64,000 nt of DNA from Gammaproteobacteria bacterium (lineage in GTDB: Bacteria > Pseudomonadota > Gammaproteobacteria > UBA6429 > Thiohalophilaceae), in NCBI GenBank assembly GCA_026197095.1, contig JAPHTF010000061.1, positions 5,418 to 69,417 of the forward strand, read 5' to 3'. The translations under genes were made by a program, and so were the position numbers. This document shows positions 1 through 10,493 of this stretch, in pieces (within the stretch, counting starts at the first letter, position 1; each line of letters opens with the position of its first letter). The notes under the pieces were generated by a model that was not told the DNA's origin, did no database searches, and was given only the letters and a program-made list of their open reading frames with translations.

Positions 1-1
1 A

Positions 2-1033
2 CTTAATGACAGTGATTATTTTAGTCATGTCGAAGTCTCGCCAGGCCAATTGGACGATAGCGCTCATGAGCTATCTGTTAAAATCAAATTAACACCCCGT
101 AAAAAACATCGCTATAGTGCCGGCCTTGGCTATGGTACCGATACGGGTGCCCGTGCAAAATTTGGTTGGGAAATACCGTTATATAATAAAAGTGGCCACC
201 GCATAAAAACAGAAGCCAGTGTGTCTGAAATTGGCTATAGCGCAGGTGTTCAATACCGTGTACCCGTACTTAATCCCCGTACAGATCAAATGATCTATAG
301 CGCAGGCGTAATAAATCAGAAAACAACAACCAGTGACAGCACTGTGAGCACCATCGGCGCCAGCCTGAACCATAGCCTGGGGCTTTGGCGTCAATCTATT
401 GCACTTAATTATCAAAAAGAAGAATTTATCGTAGGTGCTGATCAAGGTATATCTAAACTTCTTATGCCAAGTATTACTTTAAGCCGTACCTGGGGAAATA
501 ATTTTATTTATGCAATAGATGGTTTACGTTTTGATGTGAGCTTACGCGGTGCCAGTGAAGAGCTACTTTCAGATAATAGTTTTTTACAACTGCATGGTGG
601 AATAAAGGCAATTACACCATTATGGAAAAGCAACCGAATGATTACACGTGGCCGGCTGGGAACAACCTGGACTGACGACTTTCATGAACTACCCGCATCC
701 GTGCGTTTCTTTGCCGGTGGCGCCCAAAGTGTGCGTGGCTATTCTTATCAATCATTAGGACCAACAGATACCACTGGCACAGTGATTGGTGGTCGCCACT
801 TAATGATTGGAAGTATTGAATTTGAGCATAATCTCAGTGACAAATGGGGAGTGGCACTCTTTTATGATGCGGGTAATGCCTATGATAATCTTGACGATAA
901 ATTAGAACATGGTGCCGGATTTGGTTTTCGATGGAAATCACCCATAGGTTCTGTACGTATTGATTTTGCAAGTGCAATCAGTCAGCCCAATCAGCCATGG
1001 CGATTACATATTAATATTGGTCCTGATTTATGA
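2..1033 (+). CDS. tamA: TamA-like Omp85-family outer-membrane barrel, C-terminal part (5' end lies upstream of window)
   Basis: Frame open from base 2 (LNDSDYFSHVEV...). Omp85 barrel motif FFAGGAQSVRGY. ATGA stop/start overlap with the downstream tamB-like gene. Confidence 0.8.
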   Translation, partial: LNDSDYFSHVEVSPGQLDDSAHELSVKIKLTPRKKHRYSAGLGYGTDTGARAKFGWEIPLYNKSGHRIKTEASVSEIGYSAGVQYRVPVLNPRTDQMIYSAGVINQKTTTSDSTVSTIGASLNHSLGLWRQSIALNYQKEEFIVGADQGISKLLMPSITLSRTWGNNFIYAIDGLRFDVSLRGASEELLSDNSFLQLHGGIKAITPLWKSNRMITRGRLGTTWTDDFHELPASVRFFAGGAQSVRGYSYQSLGPTDTTGTVIGGRHLMIGSIEFEHNLSDKWGVALFYDAGNAYDNLDDKLEHGAGFGFRWKSPIGSVRIDFASAISQPNQPWRLHINIGPDL

Positions 1034-3648
1034 AGCGGCTGTGGCAGAAAAGAATCGTTCGTATATTGGGCCTCATATTGCTACTCCCGATAGTATTTTC
1101 ACTTTGGCTAATGGGCACTGAAAGTGGTTTGCGTTTTATTTACTATTCCAGCATTCATCTTGTGCCAGGCACTATCACTCTCGACAGACTTGAAGGTCAT
1201 TTAGCGGGTTCTATCACCGCACACAAAATTCAATATAAATACAATGATATTGAAGTTAACGCAGATAAATTAACTTTTCACTGGCTACCTGCAGCACTAT
1301 TTACTAATCATTTAATTATTAATGATCTCCATGCGCAATCATTAAAGATTAAACTGCCAGTAACAGAAAAAAGTGACCGCAATCAGCCAGTCATACTTCC
1401 CCGTACACTTCTGCCCATGCGAATCACACTTAAAGATATTGTCATTGATGATTTTAAGGTTAGCCAACCGGACCAGGAATTTGAATTTAAATTAAAAAAA
1501 GTTCAACTCGATGCTGGCCTGGTGCCTAACCAAATAAACATTAAGTCACTGGCATTGAAAATGCCACATTTTGAACTCGTACTAAAAGGAAAGATTTATC
1601 CTGATAAAAACTATAAACATAAACTGAACCTCAATTGGCAAGCGTCTTTAACGGAAAATGAAAATATTGCTGAAAAAAATATTCTAGGTACAGGTTTAAT
1701 TGAAGGCGATCTCACTGCACTTAAAATAAATCAACAAGTAAGTGGATTTGCACAACTGGCATTTCAGGCAGATGTGCATAACTTACTTCAACAACGTAGC
1801 TGGCATGCTGAAGCAAACATACTTGATTTCAATCCCGCTAAACTTTGGCCCGACTGGCCAGGTCAGCTTAAAGGGAAACTAACAAGTGATGGTCAGACAA
1901 AAAATGATCAACTAAACGCAAATATTAATATCACTAACATTACAGGAACATTACGTGACTACCCTATATCACTCAGTAGCCGCTTAAACTGGATTAATTC
2001 ATCCCTGGATATCAAACTCTTTGAAGCACGTTCAGGTAAAACACAATTAAGTGCAAATGGACAGATAAGCTCATCAATGAATGTGAACTGGAATCTCACA
2101 TCAAATAATCTATCTGAGCTTTACCCTCAGGCACAGGGGCAGCTTCATGCCAAAGGCACACTCACGGGTGAGCCATCTACTCCTGAATTCAACACCACAT
2201 TTGATGGTAAAGCATTAAGCTTATCCGGTTACAAAATAAATACCGTCAAAGGAAGTGTTGCTCTGGAACTTTTCAGCTGGGAAAAAATTAAGATCCAGTT
2301 TTCTGCGAAAGCACTTAACTTAAATGAGTATGAACTGAAATCTGTCGACATTCATTCAAAAAATCACACTACACAGATTACAGCCCGCTCTGAATTTTTG
2401 ACCGCACGCTTTGTTGTTAAAGATAAATTCAACTCGCCAGATTTGTCATCTACATCAAGTTGGCAAGGTCGTATTGAAAAAGCTGATTTTATCAGTACCC
2501 GATTTAATAGTTGGAAACTTGAATCCCCCTCTTTTTTTTCTTTTAACAAAAATAATTTTTTTATTGACCCTCTATGCTGGAACAGCACAAATGGCAGTCT
2601 CTGCGCGGCTTTAGAAAATAATACTAAAGCAGATGATAAAAATAAAAGTTGGCTAGCACGTCTTAATATAAACAATCTTCCTCTCATGGCGGTCAGTCCA
2701 TGGTTACCGCCAGACTTAAAACTTGAAGGTTTAATTAATGCTAAGTCGGAAATTCAATTTCACAATCACGAAGAAGCACAAGGCTATGCCCATATCACTT
2801 TGCCACCGGGCAAGTTGAGTTATCCCATCATTGAAGGTGAGCGGCATCATTGGGAATACCGCGGTGGAAAAATAGATATCACTCTCCATAATAGTCACCT
2901 GGCTGCCACTTCAGACATTGCGATAAGTGATAAAGAACATTTCAAAGGACAACTCACCCTGGAAAATATAAATATATTAAGCCTGGACAGTCATGCACAA
3001 CAAATTCAAGGAAATGCGGAACTTAATATTAACGATGTTTCTTTACTCGAAGCAATTATTCCTGAAATAAATAATGTTCGCGGAGAGATTGGATTAAAGT
3101 TTGCTGTTTTGGGAACACTGGCCGAACCAAGATTCAATGGTAATGCACACCTTAACAACGGTGAACTCCGCATACCCCGGTTAGGTTTAAATATAAAACA
3201 AATTAACCTGAAGAGCCAAAGCAATGGTTTGGATAAAATTGATTATCAGCTAACAGCACGTTCTGGTGATGGTCAGATCTTAGTTCAAGGCCAAACAAAG
3301 TTAGAGCAGCAAACAGGATGGCCAACTTCAATCACAATGAAAGGGGAAAATTTTGAAATTTCTCATATTCCTGTTTCACAACTGGTTGTCTCGCCTGATC
3401 TGAAAATAAAAATACAAAAAAATAACATCAATATTTCCGGTAATGTTCATATTCCATATGCAAAATTACAGCCGAAAGATGTTACTACCGCAGCACGAGT
3501 ATCTGATGATGTTGTCATTGTAGGTAATGAGCAAGGCATTAAAGAAAAATGGTTAATGACAACCAAAGTAAGACTCACCCTGGGTGAGCGAGTGAATCTT
3601 TTTGCATTTGGTTTTGATGGCCGTCTTGGAGGCAACCTGTTGCTATAA
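1030..3648 (+). CDS. tamB: TamB-like translocation/assembly module protein, N-terminal 872 codons, ending at an in-frame TAA (3646-3648)
   Basis: N-terminal signal-anchor ILGLILLLPIVFSLWLMG. Long beta-rich protein immediately after tamA. The same frame continues uninterrupted after the TAA. Confidence 0.75.
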   Translation: MKRLWQKRIVRILGLILLLPIVFSLWLMGTESGLRFIYYSSIHLVPGTITLDRLEGHLAGSITAHKIQYKYNDIEVNADKLTFHWLPAALFTNHLIINDLHAQSLKIKLPVTEKSDRNQPVILPRTLLPMRITLKDIVIDDFKVSQPDQEFEFKLKKVQLDAGLVPNQINIKSLALKMPHFELVLKGKIYPDKNYKHKLNLNWQASLTENENIAEKNILGTGLIEGDLTALKINQQVSGFAQLAFQADVHNLLQQRSWHAEANILDFNPAKLWPDWPGQLKGKLTSDGQTKNDQLNANINITNITGTLRDYPISLSSRLNWINSSLDIKLFEARSGKTQLSANGQISSSMNVNWNLTSNNLSELYPQAQGQLHAKGTLTGEPSTPEFNTTFDGKALSLSGYKINTVKGSVALELFSWEKIKIQFSAKALNLNEYELKSVDIHSKNHTTQITARSEFLTARFVVKDKFNSPDLSSTSSWQGRIEKADFISTRFNSWKLESPSFFSFNKNNFFIDPLCWNSTNGSLCAALENNTKADDKNKSWLARLNINNLPLMAVSPWLPPDLKLEGLINAKSEIQFHNHEEAQGYAHITLPPGKLSYPIIEGERHHWEYRGGKIDITLHNSHLAATSDIAISDKEHFKGQLTLENINILSLDSHAQQIQGNAELNINDVSLLEAIIPEINNVRGEIGLKFAVLGTLAEPRFNGNAHLNNGELRIPRLGLNIKQINLKSQSNGLDKIDYQLTARSGDGQILVQGQTKLEQQTGWPTSITMKGENFEISHIPVSQLVVSPDLKIKIQKNNINISGNVHIPYAKLQPKDVTTAARVSDDVVIVGNEQGIKEKWLMTTKVRLTLGERVNLFAFGFDGRLGGNLLL

Positions 3649-3798
3649 GATGAGCCAGGTCAGCTGACAAAAGCAACAGGTGAAATTAATGTACCTGAAG
3701 GTCGTTATGCTGCTTATGGCCAGCGTTTAGAAATTGAACATGGCCGTTTACTTTTTAGTGGCACCCCGATTACAAATCCCGGGTTAGATTTACGAGCC

Positions 3799-4257
3799 GT
3801 GCGACGTACTGGCGAGATCACTACTGGCCTAAAAGTTAAAGGTAATCTAAACAAACCAAAAGTTGAACTCTTTTCTATTCCTGCCATGGGGCAGACGGAT
3901 ACCCTGGCTTATCTTCTGCTGGGACGGCCGATTGAAAAAGCGAGCGGTGATGATGGTGAGATGATGGCGAAAGCAGCACTTGCTTTAAGTCTGGTCGGAG
4001 GCGATAGCCTGGCTCGTGCAATCGGAAACCGATTTGGCTTTGATGAAATGCGCGTTGAGAGTAGTAATAGTGGAGAACAAGCTTCACTAGTGATTGGACG
4101 TTACCTCTCGCCTAAACTTTATATCGGTTATGGTGTTGGGCTCATAGAGTCATTCAATACCTTTAATTTACGCTATCAAATTTCTGATAAGTGGCAACTC
4201 AAAGGTGAAAGTGGCGTCAATCACGGCGCTGACTTGCTTTATACCATCGATCGTTAA
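3799..4257 (+). CDS. tamB: TamB C-terminal (DUF490-like) fragment, same frame as 1030..3648; TamB-like sequence already readable from 3649
   Basis: Translation from 3649 reads DEPGQLTKATGEINVPEGRYAAYGQRLEIEHGRLLFSG, and the end reads GESGVNHGADLLYTIDR. Both resemble my recollection of the TamB C-terminus. The first possible start in this fragment is GTG at 3799. Confidence 0.7.
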   Translation: MRRTGEITTGLKVKGNLNKPKVELFSIPAMGQTDTLAYLLLGRPIEKASGDDGEMMAKAALALSLVGGDSLARAIGNRFGFDEMRVESSNSGEQASLVIGRYLSPKLYIGYGVGLIESFNTFNLRYQISDKWQLKGESGVNHGADLLYTIDR

Positions 4258-4313
4258 AATATAAGCTTGTTAAAATATGGAATCGTTAAAATATAAGATC
4301 GTTAAAATAAAAG
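4250..4313. repeat. Tandem 16-bp repeat x4 (ATCGTTAAAATATAAG / CTTGTTAAAATATGGA / ATCGTTAAAATATAAG / ATCGTTAAAATAAAAG)
   Basis: Read directly. Units 1 and 3 are identical and unit 4 differs by 1 nt. Unit 1 contains the tamB stop codon. Confidence 0.8.
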
Positions 4314-4639
4314 AACGATAAATTGAGCAAACCTTCCTTCAACGGCTCCGTCTCACTTACGAATAACCAGCAGAAAATGAATTTTCACCTGGGCGTGTTG
4401 TTCTTTCGGATTTTGAGCTCATTTTAACAATAATACACAGTCATTGCGAAGGAATAAAATAACTGCGGCAATCTCATATTAACTATACTTTTATGGAGAT
4501 TGCCACGTTTTGCTTTACTCATCTCGCAATGATGCACCATCTTGTTATTGAGTAAGAGATGAATTTACTCTTTAACATTAAAACTGGTCAGCATAAGATA
4601 TTAAATGAAAGCTCAACAATCCACTAAGCATCTTTTACT

Positions 4640-4999
4640 TTATTTACTATTTGACCAGTTATAACTTTTGATAACACCCTTTTTACTAAAGCGTATCTGC
4701 AATATTTTTATTTTGGTATCTTGCATTTTCGGCAGTGTTCCACCGCCATGAAAATATAACCACTCTTCAGAAAGTTCTCCATCTTTATCTAAAGACACCC
4801 CCGTACTGCTGGGCGCACCCAGCCAACCATGTACCTGTGTTTTGTTTGTTTCACCAGCTTTAACCATACTGCTAAATAACTGGACATCAAAATCTCGCCC
4901 TACCTGTACTGAGCTACAGCCACTAAGTAATATTAAAAATAATAAAAATGGAACTGAAATAAATCTCAGTTTGTTTTTTGTATCGCTATAATATTTCAT
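4640..4999 (-). CDS. SmpA/OmlA (BamE-like) domain lipoprotein
   Basis: Lipobox LLSGC after a hydrophobic signal peptide. BamE-like stretch VKAGETNKTQVHGWLGAPS. Confidence 0.6.
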   Translation of the reverse strand: MKYYSDTKNKLRFISVPFLLFLILLSGCSSVQVGRDFDVQLFSSMVKAGETNKTQVHGWLGAPSSTGVSLDKDGELSEEWLYFHGGGTLPKMQDTKIKILQIRFSKKGVIKSYNWSNSK

Positions 5000-5111
5000 A
5001 TTAATATCCTTAAATATAAAAAATAAAATTTAGTATAGAAAATAATAAAAAGAAACAGATTCTTAGTAATATATTCCAGTTTTTTTAAGCTTACATTACC
5101 CTGATTTATCC

Positions 5112-6149
5112 TTAACCTGGTGAAAGATCACGAAGCGCAATTCCACGTAACAAACGCCCTAAAATATCTGCCCCTGTAATAACGCGTTTGTCATCTGTCC
5201 AGATGAGAATTAAATCATCATCAATAACATCATCCACATCAGACTTCGGGTATACCTTCAATTTTGCCATAACATTGCCCAGTAATGTCTTTGCATCCGT
5301 CACAATAATGGGACGATGACAATAAGAAAACGGATTAAAAGGCGTTTCACCAAATACGCTATCACGTAAAAAGGCATTCGCATTTAAAACCATAAATGGC
5401 TGGTTATTGTCATCAACAATAATCACCCACTTTTTACCAGAACGGTTAAGGCTCAGCAAAAATGGATCATCTGGTTTTCGCTCAAATTCAGGAAAGACCG
5501 GCTTATCCTCTTTTGCTGGTAATGTAATGATACTTGCAGGATCAATATTTTCACCTTCCTGAGTTACCTTTATGTCATCAAGTGCTAAAAAGTTAACGGC
5601 ACCAATGCCTTCAAGCCGATCAATATCGCTCTCTTCTGCTTCAATGTGTTTACGAATGACTGTGCGCAGGTCACTTTCTCTGAAATAACTAATGCCCTCT
5701 TTACCTAACCACCAGTCCAGTATAATGCCACTCGGTTTTGCGACAGGATAAAGAATAACTTGATAAACACGAATCAAGGGTGCAAGAAGCGCGCCCATGC
5801 GCATGGCATGCCGAGAAAAATAAGCCTGCGGTGTAATCTCACCTAAAAAGGTAATAAGAAAAGTTGAAAATATAAAGGCGGTCAAACCCGCCATGACAGA
5901 GTTAGATAAAAGGGTTAACAAAACATTGATAGAAACATTACCCCAAAGAATGGTCGTTAAAAGAAAGTTAAAATCTTTGCGAAGCGTAAGAATTTTAATT
6001 GCTTCATGGTTATTAGCGGTGGCTTCGACTTCGAGGCGTAAGCGGCTAATACCCAGCAGAGCTAAATTTAAACCAGAAAATATTGCAGACTGAGTAATAC
6101 AAAATGCAATGCCTACCCAGGTTAAAACATTCATCGAAAGATCTAACAT
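5112..6149 (-). CDS. CNNM/DUF21-family membrane protein (TlyC/CorC-like transporter-associated)
   Basis: N-terminal multi-TM DUF21-like region (FSGLNLALLGISRLRLE) followed by a soluble CBS-like part. Confidence 0.65.
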   Translation of the reverse strand: MLDLSMNVLTWVGIAFCITQSAIFSGLNLALLGISRLRLEVEATANNHEAIKILTLRKDFNFLLTTILWGNVSINVLLTLLSNSVMAGLTAFIFSTFLITFLGEITPQAYFSRHAMRMGALLAPLIRVYQVILYPVAKPSGIILDWWLGKEGISYFRESDLRTVIRKHIEAEESDIDRLEGIGAVNFLALDDIKVTQEGENIDPASIITLPAKEDKPVFPEFERKPDDPFLLSLNRSGKKWVIIVDDNNQPFMVLNANAFLRDSVFGETPFNPFSYCHRPIIVTDAKTLLGNVMAKLKVYPKSDVDDVIDDDLILIWTDDKRVITGADILGRLLRGIALRDLSPG

Positions 6150-6241
6150 TAATCACTTGCTGGCTATCGAATAGATGACAATACTTTAGTTTACCTATAA
6201 AGTGATAATTTGTACTTACTAAATACAGCGGACGCATTATT

Positions 6242-6874
6242 ATGGAACACTGGTCTGAATACACACGCTTTGTCACTGCGCTTTTTCTCATACTCAATCC
6301 GTTTGCCGCTTTACCTATTTTTTTAGTTCTGGCTAAAACATACACAGATGCTGAACGCAACCGCATCATCAATATTGCAGCTTTTACAGTCATGCTGATA
6401 CTCGTTGCATCTGCCATAACAGGTGAAGCATTACTGCACGCGATGGGAACAAGTCTTGATTCATTCCGCGTTGGTGGCGGTATCGTGATATTACTGATGG
6501 CGCTCGCAATGCTGCGTGGCCAGGTAGACAATGTTCGCACATCGCCAACAGAAGAAGCTGAAGCTGAAGACAAACATTCAATTGCAGTGGTGCCGCTGGC
6601 GATACCTTTATTAGCCGGCCCGGGTTCTATCAGTAATGTGATCATTCAAATGCATCGTTCAGAAACGGAATATCATGCTCTGTTAGTTATCGCAAGTATC
6701 ATGTTTGTGTGCCTATTACTTTGGCTAGTGCTGCGCATGGCGAATCGAATTGGAAAAATATTAGGGAAAATCGGCTTAAATATCATTAATCGACTCTTTG
6801 GTCTGATTCTAGCGGCAATAGCTGTGGAAATTATGGCTAACGGTTTAAAACAACTTTTTCCTGCACTTGCTTGA
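6242..6874 (+). CDS. MarC-family (UPF0056) integral membrane protein
   Basis: About 210 aa with about 6 TM helices. MarC-like N-terminus FVTALFLILNPFAALPIFL. Confidence 0.75.
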   Translation: MEHWSEYTRFVTALFLILNPFAALPIFLVLAKTYTDAERNRIINIAAFTVMLILVASAITGEALLHAMGTSLDSFRVGGGIVILLMALAMLRGQVDNVRTSPTEEAEAEDKHSIAVVPLAIPLLAGPGSISNVIIQMHRSETEYHALLVIASIMFVCLLLWLVLRMANRIGKILGKIGLNIINRLFGLILAAIAVEIMANGLKQLFPALA

Positions 6875-6958
6875 AACAGGATACAAATGGTTTTGTATTC
6901 TGATAACAATATTAAACTCGCTCCATGAATTAAAAATATTTAAACCCTAATATATAAA

Positions 6959-9580
6959 TCATACTGAAGTATAAATAATGCCTCGACGCATCAGTATTTT
7001 TTCAAATTCAACGGCAAGTAATACCAAAGAAGAGAGAAATAAACAGACTATGAGATCATACAAGGGCAAGGGTTGGGTATGAAAAATATCATTTAAAAAG
7101 GGAATATAAATTACAGCAAGTTGCAAAAGAAAAGTCACCGTTATCGCACCCAGCATAGGTAAATTACTCAGCAAACCAATTTTAAATATCGATGCGCTTT
7201 CACTTCGCACAGCAAAGGAGTGAAACAATTGAGATAGGGTTAGCACAGTAAATACCATGGTCTGCCAGTATGTTACTTCACGAGATATAGCCCAGGCTTG
7301 TGAGGCAATCGAAATACCACCGACGAACAGACCGACCCAAAGAATATGCTGCCACATACCATGGGCGAATATGTTTTCTTCCGGCGGCCGCGGCGGTCGC
7401 TCCATGATCCCCGGCTCAGCTGGTTCGGCGCTAAAGGCCAAACCCGGTAGACCATCAGTAACTAAGTTAATCCATAAAATATGAATCGGTAATAATGGTA
7501 TCGGCAAACCGAGAAACGGTGCGAGGAAGAGCGTCCAGATCTCTCCTGAATTAGAACTCATCGTATCCTTGATGAACTTGCGAATATTATCAAAGATACG
7601 GCGCCCGGCACGCACTGCACGAACGATGCTGGTAAAATCATCATCCAGTAATACCATGTCAGAGGCTTCACGAGCGACATCGGTACCCTTTTGTCCCATC
7701 GCAATACCAATATTCGCACGTTTTAACGCAGGTGCGTCATTCACGCCATCACCTGTCATCGCAACAAATTCACCATTTACTTGCAATGCTTTAACAATAC
7801 GTAACTTCTGCTCCGGGCTCACCCTTGCATAAACGCGAATTGACTCAACTTTGTTCGCAAAATTTTCGTCACTGATTTCTTTTAGTTCAACACCCGTAAG
7901 CAGCTCATTATTGTTATTTGAAATACCTAAACGGCTTGCAATGGCCATTGCTGTACCAGGGTGATCACCTGTTATCATGACGGGGGTAATGCCTGCACTA
8001 AGGCAATCATTAACGGCCTCTACTGCTTCTTCACGTGGTGGATCAATTAATGCGACAAGCCCAAGAAAGGAAAGCGCTTGCTCAATTTTTTCAGGCTCGC
8101 TTGCTTCAGGTAATGAGGAAAACTCACGTATAGCAAAAGCGATAACTCGATAACCTTCATTTGCTAACCGTGTTGCCTCCTGAAGAATCAGCTCCGAATC
8201 AAAGCTGTTAACAGCACCACTATTAAATGCCTGAGTGCATTGCGCTAAAATCTTTTCAGGTGCACCTTTAACATACGCAACTACACCATTTTTTGACTGA
8301 TGTAACGTTGTCATCTGTTTTCGAATGCTATCAAATGCAAGTGTGGCAACTCTTGGCTGTTCTGTTTCAAGGTTAACCTTGTTATAGCTCGCCGTTAATG
8401 CAGCTTCGAATAAAGCTAATTCAGTTGGTTCACCAAAAGGTGAACCATCTTTATCTGTTACATCATTATTCAATGCCATGGCAAGCCCAAGTTCAGGCAA
8501 GCTATTATTTAATGCCTGATGAATTTCGCCATTGTAAAGATACTTTTCGACTGACATTTTGTTTTGAGTTAGCGTACCCGTTTTATCTGCACAAATGTAG
8601 GTAACGGATCCTAATGTTTCTACCGCAGGTAAATTTCGTACTAATGCATGATGCTTAATTAATTTTCGAGCACCCAATGCCAGTGATATTGTCACTACGG
8701 CAGGTAATGCTTCGGGAATAGCCGCGACAGCTAAACTTACCGCGGTAAGAAACATTAATAAAATGGGTTGGCCTTGTAGCAAGCCGGCAACAAAAACAAT
8801 GATGCAAATCGCCAGTATCGCGATAGCAAGATAACGTCCAAAGCGCTTCAGTCTTTCCTGTAAAGGGGTCTTTACCTTTTCTTCAGTTTGTAATAACTCG
8901 GCAATGCGACCAATCTCCGTATTTAGTCCGGTTGCGACAACGACTCCTTTAGCTTTGCCCCTGGTAATTAGGCTGTCTTTGAACGTTATATTTATGCGGT
9001 CAGCGACAGGTAAATTAGCATCGGTTAATTGTTCATAACTTTTATTTACTGGATGAGATTCACCTGTCAATGCAGATTCATCAGCTTCCAAGTCATCAAC
9101 GTCTATCAAGCGGAGATCAGCGGGCACAATATTACCCGCATCAAGCAAGACGATATCACCGGGCACAAGATCTGCAGCCGCAATGGTTACCGCCTGGTTA
9201 TCGCGCAGCACCTGTGTGTCCGGTGCTGCCATTTTTCCTAACGCAGCCATGGATCGCTCTGCCCGAAATTCCTGTACTGCGCCAATAATGGCATTGAGTA
9301 AAATGATCACCAGTATCGCAATCGTATCCTGCAACTCACCAATAACACCTGAAATCACAGCCGCAATAAGCAATACCACGATCATAAAATCGGTAAACTG
9401 CCCAAGAAACATATATAACAATGAACGGTGAGATTTATCTGGAATAGAGTTTGGACCTGATTCGGTTAGTCGTTTTGCCGCTTCCTCACTATCCAGACCT
9501 TGTACAGATGATTCAAGCTGAAGTAGTACTTCATCAGCTTCAAGAGTATGCCAGTCCATCTTTCCTTCAAGTTGAGGCAT
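6959..9580 (-). CDS. Cation-translocating P-type ATPase (type II, Ca2+/Mg2+-like)
   Basis: Motifs TGES, DKTGTLT, PEALP and TGDGVNDAPALK. 873 aa. Confidence 0.9.
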   Translation of the reverse strand: MPQLEGKMDWHTLEADEVLLQLESSVQGLDSEEAAKRLTESGPNSIPDKSHRSLLYMFLGQFTDFMIVVLLIAAVISGVIGELQDTIAILVIILLNAIIGAVQEFRAERSMAALGKMAAPDTQVLRDNQAVTIAAADLVPGDIVLLDAGNIVPADLRLIDVDDLEADESALTGESHPVNKSYEQLTDANLPVADRINITFKDSLITRGKAKGVVVATGLNTEIGRIAELLQTEEKVKTPLQERLKRFGRYLAIAILAICIIVFVAGLLQGQPILLMFLTAVSLAVAAIPEALPAVVTISLALGARKLIKHHALVRNLPAVETLGSVTYICADKTGTLTQNKMSVEKYLYNGEIHQALNNSLPELGLAMALNNDVTDKDGSPFGEPTELALFEAALTASYNKVNLETEQPRVATLAFDSIRKQMTTLHQSKNGVVAYVKGAPEKILAQCTQAFNSGAVNSFDSELILQEATRLANEGYRVIAFAIREFSSLPEASEPEKIEQALSFLGLVALIDPPREEAVEAVNDCLSAGITPVMITGDHPGTAMAIASRLGISNNNNELLTGVELKEISDENFANKVESIRVYARVSPEQKLRIVKALQVNGEFVAMTGDGVNDAPALKRANIGIAMGQKGTDVAREASDMVLLDDDFTSIVRAVRAGRRIFDNIRKFIKDTMSSNSGEIWTLFLAPFLGLPIPLLPIHILWINLVTDGLPGLAFSAEPAEPGIMERPPRPPEENIFAHGMWQHILWVGLFVGGISIASQAWAISREVTYWQTMVFTVLTLSQLFHSFAVRSESASIFKIGLLSNLPMLGAITVTFLLQLAVIYIPFLNDIFHTQPLPLYDLIVCLFLSSLVLLAVEFEKILMRRGIIYTSV

Positions 9581-9582
9581 TA

Positions 9583-10161
9583 TTAATTTTCCGTAAATAA
9601 ATAAATTAATAATGCTGTAATGGTTGCAATGAGTAATGTCTGTAAGCCGCTACGCAACCAGGAAATTCCTGAAATACGTCCAAGAAATACGCCAAGTAAA
9701 AATATCAAAAAAAATGCTATTCCTATTGCAAAATAAAGAGGCGAAACAGGAAACAAAATACCTGCTTTTGAGATAAAAAATGGAAGTAATATCAGAAGTG
9801 AAATAATCAGGGGCGCACTCCCGTTTACCAGGGCAATTAACCAGGGAACATTGCGTGCCGCATCCCCGTGTGCACTATCGTGTAAATCACGAATCATGGC
9901 TCCTTCGAGTTTACTAAGCTCCCGGTTACGCTCTGCTGACTCACTGACATAAGCACTACTCACACCACTCATCCCTAAAGCAATAGCAGCACCTAAACAG
10001 GCATTTAAAATTACCGTAGTTGACACGACATCACTAAAAAGAAAACCCATTATCAGGCCCAACATAGTCAAAGCACCATCAAAGCCATTTACAACAAAGT
10101 AGCGCCGTGCAATATCATGGGATTTAGTAAGACGAAAAGTAGCTTTAATTTTCTGAAGCAA
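9583..10161 (-). CDS. VIT1/CCC1-family membrane protein
   Basis: RRYFVVNGFDGALTMLGLIMG motif plus C-terminal TM helices. Lies 2 nt upstream of the ATPase start. Confidence 0.6.
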   Translation of the reverse strand: MLQKIKATFRLTKSHDIARRYFVVNGFDGALTMLGLIMGFLFSDVVSTTVILNACLGAAIALGMSGVSSAYVSESAERNRELSKLEGAMIRDLHDSAHGDAARNVPWLIALVNGSAPLIISLLILLPFFISKAGILFPVSPLYFAIGIAFFLIFLLGVFLGRISGISWLRSGLQTLLIATITALLIYLFTEN

Positions 10162-10173
10162 CTTTATTGACCT

Positions 10174-10443
10174 TTATTCAGTATTTGATTCATTTTGAAC
10201 TTCCACTTCATCAACACTGTGAAGTGAACCACCAATATCACTAATAGTTGCTTGAATGACTTCAAAGTCAATATTACTAGCGGTAATTTCTAGTTGAAGT
10301 GTTTCTGTTTTTTCATCAATTTCAAGCACAGTTAAGCGGACACGATAATCACTTCCGGCTTTAGCAATTGTTTTACAAAATTCTAACGCATTGGGTTGGT
10401 GTGGTTTCAGTACATCAAGAATCATTCTTTTGACTGCAAGCAT
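10174..10443 (-). CDS. DUF211-like small protein
   Basis: 89 aa. The N-terminus MILDVLKPHQPNALEF resembles the DUF211 signature as I recall it. Confidence 0.55.
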   Translation of the reverse strand: MLAVKRMILDVLKPHQPNALEFCKTIAKAGSDYRVRLTVLEIDEKTETLQLEITASNIDFEVIQATISDIGGSLHSVDEVEVQNESNTE

Positions 10444-10493
10444 TCATCAATCTCCTGTTAAACTGTACTTTTAAATTATTTCAATTTACAAAT

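Noticed and set aside
6046-6645. 199-aa minus-strand ORF
   Set aside because: It overlaps the MarC-family gene on the opposite strand and the start of the CNNM gene. The MarC frame has clear family features and this one has none.
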